The notes beneath the pieces were generated by a model. That model was not told the DNA's origin, searched no databases, and was given only the letters and a program-made list of their open reading frames with translations. The translations under genes and the position numbers were made by a program. From NCBI GenBank assembly GCA_903856085.1, contig CAIOAT010000047.1, positions 20,634 through 84,633 on the forward strand: a DNA stretch of 64,000 nucleotides, read 5' to 3'. The DNA is from Candidatus Omnitrophota bacterium. GTDB lineage: Bacteria; Omnitrophota; Omnitrophia; Omnitrophales; Aquincolibacteriaceae. Every line of letters begins with the position of its first letter. The stretch's first letter is position 1. Below, piece by piece: positions 50,834 to 60,200 of the stretch.

Positions 50834-52894
50834 ATGCAATTTTTCAGACCTGAACATTTAATTTTTTTATGGTTGGTGCCGACGGTACTGGCCTTCTATG
50901 TCTTTTCGCGAAGGCTATGGCAAAAGCGCATGCATCGGTTGGTTCAGGATGAAACACTCCTTTCCAAATTGATCGAGGGTTACAGGAAAAGCGAGTGGCT
51001 TATCCGTACGATTCTCATGACGCTTGCCGTGCTTTGTCTCGTGCTCGCGCTCGCACGTCCTCAATGGGGCGACGAAAAACGGAGGGCCCAGCGCAAGGGC
51101 GTAGACATCATTTTCATGGTCGACACATCTCTGAGCATGCTTGCAGAGGATATTAAGCCCAACCGCCTCGAAAAAGCCAAGTTTGAGATCGAAACCTTTA
51201 TCCGCAACCTTCGCGGCGACCGTATTGGCATGGTTACTTTTGCAGGTTCGGGATTTCTCCAAACACCGCTGACGCTCGATCATGCAGCCTTTCTCCTGTT
51301 TCTGGATGCCGTTCAAGTGGGATTTCTTCCGGATCCCGGGACATCACTCGTCCAAGCCTTCCAGTTGGCTTTGCGTGCCTTTCCCGAAAAGGAGCTCAAA
51401 TACAAAGCCTTGATCCTCTTTACGGACGGGGAAGACCATGAAGGCGGAATTGAAAAGACTATCGAAGAGGCCAAGCAGGCTAATATCAGGATCTATTGCG
51501 TAGGCCTTGGAACGGCGGAAGGGGAGCCCATCCCCCTCAAGAACGAAAGAGGGGAGCGATCGGGATTCAAGAAGGATCGAAATGGGCAAATGGTGCTCAC
51601 ACGGCTCAACCAGCCGCTTCTCGAACGGCTCGCCAAAGAAACGGGCGGGATCTACCTTCCCGCTTCGCCGTCAGAAAAAGAGGTCGATGTCATCTTAAAA
51701 CATCTTCGTGGGTGGGGAGAGCAGCAATTCGCAGAAAAAATGGTGGTGGAGCGCGAAGACCAATACCAAGGGTTCCTGATCCTCGCCCTAATCTTTCTGG
51801 CTGCCGAAATGCTTATCCGACGAAAAAACAGCAAAAGTCCGGCCTTGATGGCCTGCCTCGCTGTCTTTTTCCTTTTCACGGGATTTCTTGAGACCTCACA
51901 GGGTACGGTCAAAAAAGGTAACGATCACTTTCAAAACAAGCGCTTTCAATCCGCCCTTGATGCCTACCGCAAGGTTCAGGTCAAGAATCCTGACGCTCCG
52001 GAAGTGCTCTATGATCTTGGAACAACGCTCTACAAAGTTGACTCTTTTCAAGAATCGGCCCAGGATCTCGAGACCGCTTCTAAAACCGCCCAGGATCCGC
52101 AGCTGAAAGCCCGCGCGCTCTACAACGCTGGGAACGTCCAGTACAGGCTCGGAAATTTCGAAAAGGCCATTGATTCCTATAAAAAGGCTCTCGCCCTGGA
52201 CCCGAACGACAAGGACGCCAAGTATAATCTCGAATTCCTTCAAAAACAGAAGAACAAGATTGATAAAAAGGACAAAGATAAGAAGAAAGACGATCAGAAA
52301 AAAGACAAACAAAAGAAAGAGCAGCAGAAGAATAAGCAGGACCAAAAAGATCAACAAGATCAAAAAGATCAGCAACAACAGCAGCAACCTAAGCCTCAGG
52401 ATCAGCAGGATCAAAAAGATCAGCAACAACAGCAGCAACCTAAGCCTCAGGATCAGCAGGATCAAAAAGATCAGCAGCAACAGCAGCAACCGAAGCCTCA
52501 GGATCAGCAAGATCAAAAAGATCAACAGCAACAGCAGCAACCGAAGCCTCAGGATCAGCAAGATCAAAAAGATCAGCAACAGCAACAACAGCCTAAGCCT
52601 CAGGATCAGCAAGATCAAAAAGATCAGCAACAGCAACAACAACAGCAGCAACCTAAGCCTCAGGACCAGCAGGATCAACAGAAGGAGCAAGAGGAACAGC
52701 AAAACCCGCCGGAGCAGCAGAAAAGCCCTCAAGATGAGAGCCAAGGGCAATCCAAACGTCCGCTCCAGGGGCAGATGAGCATGGATAATGCCCTCAACCT
52801 ATTGGATGCTCTGAAAGAATCTGAAAAAGAGCTTCAGGACCTCCGTCGTCCACCGGTTAACAAGAATCCGCCGCCGGTGGATAAAGATTGGTAA
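50834..52894 (+). CDS. BatB-like VWA + TPR protein with an internal Gln-rich tandem-repeat region
   Basis: N-terminal TM helices, MIDAS DIIFMVDTSLSM, FTDGEDH, TPR repeats (ALYNAGNVQYRLGNFEKAIDSYKKALALDPND), then a 6 x 17-aa repeat. Confidence 0.8.
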   Translation: MQFFRPEHLIFLWLVPTVLAFYVFSRRLWQKRMHRLVQDETLLSKLIEGYRKSEWLIRTILMTLAVLCLVLALARPQWGDEKRRAQRKGVDIIFMVDTSLSMLAEDIKPNRLEKAKFEIETFIRNLRGDRIGMVTFAGSGFLQTPLTLDHAAFLLFLDAVQVGFLPDPGTSLVQAFQLALRAFPEKELKYKALILFTDGEDHEGGIEKTIEEAKQANIRIYCVGLGTAEGEPIPLKNERGERSGFKKDRNGQMVLTRLNQPLLERLAKETGGIYLPASPSEKEVDVILKHLRGWGEQQFAEKMVVEREDQYQGFLILALIFLAAEMLIRRKNSKSPALMACLAVFFLFTGFLETSQGTVKKGNDHFQNKRFQSALDAYRKVQVKNPDAPEVLYDLGTTLYKVDSFQESAQDLETASKTAQDPQLKARALYNAGNVQYRLGNFEKAIDSYKKALALDPNDKDAKYNLEFLQKQKNKIDKKDKDKKKDDQKKDKQKKEQQKNKQDQKDQQDQKDQQQQQQPKPQDQQDQKDQQQQQQPKPQDQQDQKDQQQQQQPKPQDQQDQKDQQQQQQPKPQDQQDQKDQQQQQQPKPQDQQDQKDQQQQQQQQQPKPQDQQDQQKEQEEQQNPPEQQKSPQDESQGQSKRPLQGQMSMDNALNLLDALKESEKELQDLRRPPVNKNPPPVDKDW
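52340..52690 (+). repeat. Imperfect 51-nt tandem repeat (~6.5 copies) within the BatB CDS encoding (PKPQDQQDQKDQQQQQQ)n
   Basis: Directly visible periodicity, with synonymous differences between copies (cct/ccg, cag/caa). Confidence 0.85.
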
Positions 52895-53021
52895 TAAGCC
52901 TTACGCAACGCGCAGTATTGCGTTTGGCGAGAACCCTTTGTTTTCCACTTTCGCCGCGTGTCAGGATTGTCTTTATAAACTATAAAGCTGGCTTTTTTTA
53001 AGCCATCAAAGGAGAGAAGTC

Positions 53022-53468
53022 ATGAGCCTTATCGAGCAAATCGAAAAAGATATCATCGCAGCTATGAAAGCTAAGGAACCTGTTAAGGTCTCAACCTTAC
53101 GAATGCTTAAAAGCGCCCTTGGGAACCATCTGATCCAGGTCAAAAAAGACAAGCCAGAAGACGCGGATGTCCTCAGTATTATTGCTAAACAGGCGAAACA
53201 GCGTCGTGAAAGCGTTGAGAGTTTTGAGAAGGCTGGCCGCAAAGACCTTGCTGATAAAGAAAAGGACGAGTTAGCGATCCTGGAAACCTATTTGCCCAAG
53301 CAGTTGACTGACGAAGAGCTAGCGGGGGCAGTCCGAAATGCCATCGCTATATCAGGCGCTAAAAGCCCCGCAGACATAGGAAAACTCATGAAGGTCCTTA
53401 TGCCTTCTATTCAGGGTAAAGCCGATGGCAAACGCGTCCAGGACGCCGTAAAAGCCATCCTAAAGTAG
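53022..53468 (+). CDS. yqeY: GatB/YqeY domain protein
   Basis: 148 aa; MSLIEQIEKDIIAAMKAKE ... LRMLKSAL matches the YqeY family N-terminus; AAAGGAGAG RBS. Confidence 0.8.
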   Translation: MSLIEQIEKDIIAAMKAKEPVKVSTLRMLKSALGNHLIQVKKDKPEDADVLSIIAKQAKQRRESVESFEKAGRKDLADKEKDELAILETYLPKQLTDEELAGAVRNAIAISGAKSPADIGKLMKVLMPSIQGKADGKRVQDAVKAILK

Positions 53469-54242
53469 CCTTCCGAATACCTTCTTGGCAAGGCCAGTTC
53501 TCCCTGGGAACTACTTTACATAAGATACATTATAGGACGTGAATACTTCAGACGAAGCGTTCCTCCTATAGGGTTAAAGCACTGTGCCTGGTCTTGTAAT
53601 TCGAGCAACCCGGAGCAAGTAAATGATATCGTCGCGATCAATCCGAGAAGGTCACCCTCAACAAATTACAAGCCCTGGTCAACTGAAACGGATTAGCGCA
53701 GACACCCGTCAGGGCTTCTCGAGACGAAGCGCATTTTCCCGCACAAATTTAACGCTTTTTCAATAGAGAGGCTTGAAACGGTTCCGGAAGATTGTTCTTA
53801 GGTGACCTCTGCCCCTCCCATTTCGGAGTCAAGGCTATAAATAATATACTCGGGACCTGCCCGGAGACTGCCACTGAACATCCTTGATCCTTTTTGGCCA
53901 TAGACGACCAAAGACCGGTTTTTATCGACAGGACAGATTCGGGAGGATTATTAGAGGAAAAATTGCCGCCCCAAGAGCCATTACCTCGTGCGAACATCCA
54001 CGACAGATTTCATCACATACTCAAAACGGCTGGCCCATAAACCGAAGGGCTTGTTCTTGCACAATTCTCTTATCAACCGTTCAGTTTTCATTTTTATTCG
54101 CCTGTCATTTCTGCGACGCTCAGAACTCAACGCGGATTTGCGCGGAATAAACCAAGGATTTCAAAGAAAGAATAGGAAGTTCTTTGGGTTTAATCAGGGG
54201 CTTTATAACCCCTCGAGGCTTTTAGAAAATCTCGGGTAAAGC

Positions 54243-57200
54243 TTATGCCGCTGTAGCGACGGACTTTTGGGCGGCAACCTCGCCAAGGAGGGCCTTCATG
54301 AATTGGTTGGCAAAGAATGCGGCGACAGCATAATCGTTACCGACTTTGGGATTCTTGATGCCGGCGTGATCGATCACCAGGTCAATTCCGATGGTCGCAA
54401 TGGCATTGGTCGCCGCGGCAAGGGATTGCCGTCCTTCAGGGGTTTCAGCCCACTCCGGAGGATAGACAAAGGTGCCTTTATATCCCTTGCTCTGAACAGC
54501 CTCGCGCACCTGATCCAAGCTTAACGCGTTGCCAAGGAAGATCACGTGCTCCGGACTCACGCCTCGCAGCTTCAACTTTGCAACGATCTCTGGGATCTCA
54601 GCACCGATCTTATCAGGAGCAATGACCCTGACCCCCGGAACATCCTCGAAATTCTTATCTCCTACGACAAACACGTAAGGATTCGTGCGGGCAGCCATAG
54701 CATCAAGGGTCTTCATTTTCTCGACACTGCCGTTCACGATGATCTGCTGGGCAATCTCGACCATTTTGGCGTCGAACGGCTGGAGGGTCTCGGACTTGTT
54801 CCTCGCCATACTCACGAGAGCTTTGATCAGATCGATCTGCGAGCGGATACTTGCCGCGAATTCGGGATCCTCAGTCGCTATCTCCGGGTGATTCGCAAGG
54901 AGCGACCCCATGAACGCCGCGGTATCCTCGTAGGCCAAAAATTCCTGCTCAAGATCACCGAGGCGTTGATTTTCAGGGAGCGCGTGCGAATTCTCATGGA
55001 CCATGCCCCACGCCAAGGTAAATTGCACGCGCCGCTCCAGATTTGCGAGTTCTAGCTTCGAAAGCGTCTCGGACGCCAAGGCTTTGGTATAATCCGCGAG
55101 CTTATCGCCATTCAGAACCACTCCGCCATTCCGGAAATAGCCGACATGCCCCTGGATCAGCTCGCGCTCTTCAGGCGTTGTAGCCATCTTCCAATTCGCG
55201 CCCGCCCAATGATTTCCCTTATAGTTCTTCGCCATATCATAAGCCGCTCTCGCCACCTTATCTGCTGAATTCAACTCCGCTGGGGCAACCTCGGACGCAG
55301 AAACTCTCTTCGCTTCAGATCGCGGAGCTTCGACGGATCTCAATACCTCCGGCTCGTCCCGTAGTTCCGCGCGCGGAGAGTTCATTTTTTCAACAGACTT
55401 TTGCATCACGACGGAGGCCGGGGCGATATAATCGATATACTCCCTGCCATCCTCCCCCTTACGCTCCCCTGCCTTCGAGAAACCAAGCCGCTCGTACAGC
55501 TTGATCGCCTTGGTGTTCTTGGGCTCGACGGAAAGGGCGATCGGGACGCTTGAGAAACCTCTTTCTGAAAGGTTCTTCGCAAGGCCGTAGATCATCGCCG
55601 TCCCGAGTCCTGAGCCTTGGGCGGCTTGGGCCACACCCACGTTATAAATATAAGCCATGTCCCCCTGAATCGGAGCCGCCAGGAGATACCCTTGCACCTT
55701 TCCGTTCACTTCATAAACCATGCTAAATCCAGAGGCCGCATCTGCCTGCAAGATTTTTGCGAAGGATTCGGCAGAAAAATCTGTCAGTTCGTTCTGTTTC
55801 CCGGTCTCATCACTGACAGCAATGGCTTGTCTGATCCGATCACCTGAGGCAGAATTGAGAGCCCTAAAACTTCCCGGGAGCCCCGTCTCTTTCATATTGA
55901 GCGTTTCATTTTTCACGAGTTCACCGCGGAATTTTGCTAAAAATTGAGCGCTGAACTTTTGAGCGTCGGATCCGGCGGCCAGCATGGGATCGGCCCCCAT
56001 TCTTCCCAGGATATCCATCGCGAACATAGCCAACTGCTCCTTGACCATCTTCGCCTCGTCCGCTGATAAAGAAAATCCCGCATAGCTCGTATCCGTCAGG
56101 TTGCGAGCAACCTTCTCCAGATACCCCGGCAAAAACTGAGTCGCGATCATTGAAATGTGGCTCGCGATCAGATGTTTTCTCTCAGCCTCCTGGGCCTGCA
56201 GATCCGTCATCTTTTGCATGGCAATCCACTCAGGAGAAGCAAAGATCTCGCGCAGGAATGAGTGCAATTCCGCACCGATCAGCGACGCTTTCTTAAACAT
56301 AAAATCCTGTTTATCCCGGAAGCCGTAGATCCTTCCGTCGTAATCGAAAGCATGAAGATTATCCAGATCATGACCTTCTTCGTGGATCGCCGTATGCTTT
56401 TCGTAATTATTCAGCATGAATGTGTAGCGCAGATACTGTTGAGGTTTGCCGAACGGTTCGCTTGCTCCAGATTCTCCATCTTCCATAAAGAAACCGGCCG
56501 GTAAATGCTGGGGATCAAGAATAATATTGCCGCCAACACCATTAGCTTTGGGCTGGAAGGAAGCGTGCATCAGGGTTTCTTCATTCAGCCCGTATCTTGA
56601 GATCAGATGATCCAGGGAATCATCCAGGTTCTCCAGAATCCATTTCACCGCTTCCCGTTTAACGTTGGCGTCTGTGGAGTTCAACTTTTGGAGCATTTGA
56701 TCTTTCTCACGGTGCTCAAGAATGCTGATCATGCCTCGCAGTCCGCGTAACTTTTGAGCCGCCGCATCCGATCCAAATACGGACGTCAGAGCGACTTTTA
56801 GAGAAAGCATCAGCGTGCTTTCGTAATCCGCCCAATTTCCGGCCGCGGCAAGCGCATCGAGGTCGTTTTTCGCAGCTTCGGACAGATAGGGATCGAGCAA
56901 CGGACGGAGAAGGCGCCAAGCGCTCGGACGGCCTGTTCCGGAAATCGCAGGGTTATTTTCCAGGGTCTCGATGACAAGCGCTAGAAGGGCATTCGCGTTC
57001 CGAGGATCAAGGTTTTTGATCATTTCCGGATCGAGCAATTCGCCCTCCGGCGTAAGGAACCGGATCGAAAAACGATCGGACAAGTATTTACGGCGGGACT
57101 GATCGCGCATAACTTCATCCCGCGAAACGGGAGCAAGGGTTCTTCGTATGCCGGGCTGACCCATCCTGAAATAAACGGCAGTCATTTCAGAGATGCAGTC

Positions 57201-60200
57201 GGACGTACCGCAAAAAACAAGTTCGTCCCAAGAGCGGATGTTCCGACCGTTCAAAGCCAGGCCGTTGCGCACCGCATCCGCATAATTTCCTTTAAGACTC
57301 GTCCGGACTTCGAAAGCGTATCTTTCAAACTCAGCACGGCTCGGATTCGTCAAAACGGTAAGCGACTGATCGGCGTGTCCTGCGGGCGATCTGAGCCGCA
57401 TCCGCTCCAAATCCATGGCGGCATAGAGGCGGTTCGCGGCATCGCGGCGAAGCAATGCCTGCGCCCAGTCAACGCGGCCTTCCGCGATAAGGTTATTGAT
57501 CAGCTCGGCTGTTTGTTGCGAGGTAAAATTCCTGGGAATAAAATAACCTCCCAGACCGTCCATGACAACCCGCATCAGGTCGTCTACGGACCTGAATTGA
57601 TGGAAAGCGATCAGGTCATCCAGGCTCGTCGCGTTGCGCCGTATCCGGGCTACGATCCCCGAAACAGTTATGTTGTGTGCCTGAAGAGCTGCAGCAAATT
57701 CCGTGCCTGGCTGATCCTGTTCCTTAAGGATATCCTCAAGCCGGAAGAGAGAATCAAGAGCTTGCTGAACTCTTTCTCTCATCGCGCGCGCAGCCTTCTC
57801 GCGCCAGCCCACGACGTAGCCGCTCGGGTTCTTCGGGTCAGTGTAGAGCCGAAGTTTTTCAACGATCTCTCGGCGATCGTAAATATGGGCCTCGTCCGGA
57901 TCGTAAACACGGCCGTGTTGTTGGGCATAGAAGGTCAGGAGCTCTTCTAAGAGATTCTGGTCTGTATCGCGGAAGTCAGATCCCTCGAGACCTCTGGGAT
58001 CATTAAAGTGGATCGTTTCATGCAACCATGACGGTTGATAGTACTGTTCGGACAGCAAGATCACAGGGAGTTTTTCAAAAATCGTCCCTTTGAAAGTGCC
58101 TACCGATTGGGTATTACTGCCAAACCATCCAGGGTTGGTAACAGGCATCCAGCCGGCGGCTCTAAGTTGTTTTTCAATCTTATAGGGCATCACAACCGAC
58201 AGCGTCGGATGGTCCGAAATATTCTCCTGGATCATATAGGCCCTGCGGTAGTACACCTCTTGCTCGCGGACGCTAAGGGACTCCCACATTTTCCCGTCCC
58301 TTTCAGCAAGAGATTTCGCGAAAGAAATAAATTCAGCGTCTCCCTTACGGAAAGCGAGTTCAGGAATAGGAACATCCAAGTTTTCCGATGGACTGGCCGT
58401 TACGACCTTGATGCCGATCAGCATTTCGGGCGTGATCGCGGAACCGGCCGGCATTTTAACGTTAAGAATTTTTGCCAGTTCTTCACGCGCTTTCAGATTC
58501 TCCGGAGAATTTTCGGGAGAATTCAATCCGTTCACGATCTGATCATTAATTTGATCGATAATACCTAGCCGCGCATTGAGCACATCCTCTGAAAGCTCAA
58601 GCGGCGGCTCGCCCACAAGCGTCACGGCACGATCCTTATTCCGGGCGAAATGCAGGATATCCGAGCGCAGGAAGTCCTGTCCTTTGCGACGATCGCGATT
58701 CTCCCGGTTGATCGACAGCAACAGGTCGGAAAGACCGGGCGCAATAGCATCCAGACGGCCTTGCATTTCCTCACGAAGTTTGCTGTCCATAATCGTTCGC
58801 GCTTTCTCGATCTCTGTGTAAGCCCTCCCGAATTTCACAACATCCTCAGTGGAGACACCGGCGATTTGCAGGGGCTCTACAGCCTTCTGGAGTTTCCCTT
58901 GAATCTCCTGCGCGGCAGCCGAATTTTTATCTTCGATGGCGCTGAGCTGTTCAAAAAGCGTCCGGATTTCCAGAAGCTGGAAAATCGTAAGATTGGTTTG
59001 TTTTCCGATCTGCTCGAGTTCCTTTTTCGCTTCGTTGCTTTCCTGCTCGACTTGTCTGACCACACTGTTGAGCTCGATCTCCGGCACCAGTTTTTCTCCG
59101 GCTTTAATGCGCTGCATGAGTTCAGCCTTAGGCGCATTCTGGATCGCCACGTAGGCAAGCATCAGCGCGGTCCAGGAATTGACCGGGACCTTTTGTTCGC
59201 GAATAGCCTTCATGATATCGCTCAGCACCATCTGGCGGCGAAACTCTGTCGAAAAGAACCCACCCACCACACGACCGAAAGCGCGGGAAATCATCATTAA
59301 GTTGCCAAATTCCCCTTTCTCGGTCCGGAACTTGTTGTCCCTCTTGATCAGCCATGTAGAAAGTGCGACACCCATTGCAAGGCCTGACGCCCACCCACTC
59401 ATGAAAACAAGGGCCGCCGGCAACAGAGGTGCCGCCAGGACCGAGACGAGCAAGGTAGGACCAAGAGTGACCGCAACCGCCAAGGTGGCGGCAACCAAAC
59501 CAAGTCCGATGCTGCCCGACGTCAGGAGCCCGTAATTACCGATCATGGTCGCTATCTTCCACGACCATTTCTGTCCCATCGTAAGCTCCGCTGCCAGGGC
59601 ATAGCGGCCCTGGTTGGACTGGAGATTCGCGATGACAGGTCTAAGATTCTCGAGAGCCGCGATTTCAGCTTTAAGTTTGGCATCATCGGCAGCTTCATCC
59701 ACGGGTTGGCCTTCTGCCTTCCTAGCCGCCTGGTCCTTCAGGGCTTTTTCGATAAGGGATTGGCGCATACTCGCCAAGACGTCGTCCACGCCAGTCTTGG
59801 ATCCCAGGCGCGCATCGACAAAATCGCGCTTCTGCTTGATGAGCTGATCGAGTTCTGTGAGGCTAAGCTTTAACACCTTTGGATTTTTCGCGGCATATTC
59901 CTGAAGCTCGTCGGCATTGCGATAAGCCGACTGATGATCCCAATGGATCACGTGAGCCAGGTTCAGGAACGCGAACATCGTCTTCCAGATGGCCGCTTCA
60001 TAGGCGGCCTCATCGCCAAACGCTTGCTTGTCCCCCACAAGCTTTATCGCCACTTTGCGCACATCGCCCAGGGAATCATAACGGGCTTTGCCAAACTGGA
60101 AAGCATCCATCAGCGAGACTCCAAGCACCGTTCCGAGAGTCACGGCAACAGCCGATCCCAGGAGCAGCGGTAGCAGCGCGACACCAAAGATAAGACCCGC

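Noticed and set aside
51896-52750. 284-aa minus-strand ORF made of LLLLLRLR repeats.
   Set aside because: It is the reverse complement of the CAG/CAA-rich BatB repeat, so it is an artefact of the tandem repeat and not a gene.
53469-54242. Looked for RNase P RNA, tmRNA, SRP RNA, 6S RNA or a tRNA in the long convergent intergenic region. The short ORFs 53749-53997, 53884-54150 and 53988-54239 lie in the same region.
   Set aside because: No P4-helix GGAAAGUCCGG / ACAGAA motifs, no tmRNA tag/CCA-arm features, no SRP domain IV motif and no tRNA T-loop were found. The ORFs have no RBS and no motifs. The region is kept only as an unexplained structured non-coding region.
54198-54242. Hairpin AGGGG-CTTTATAA-CCCCT just beyond the giant gene stop, as its possible terminator.
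   Set aside because: Read on the minus strand it is not followed by a U-tract. A 5-bp stem is too weak to call a terminator with any confidence.
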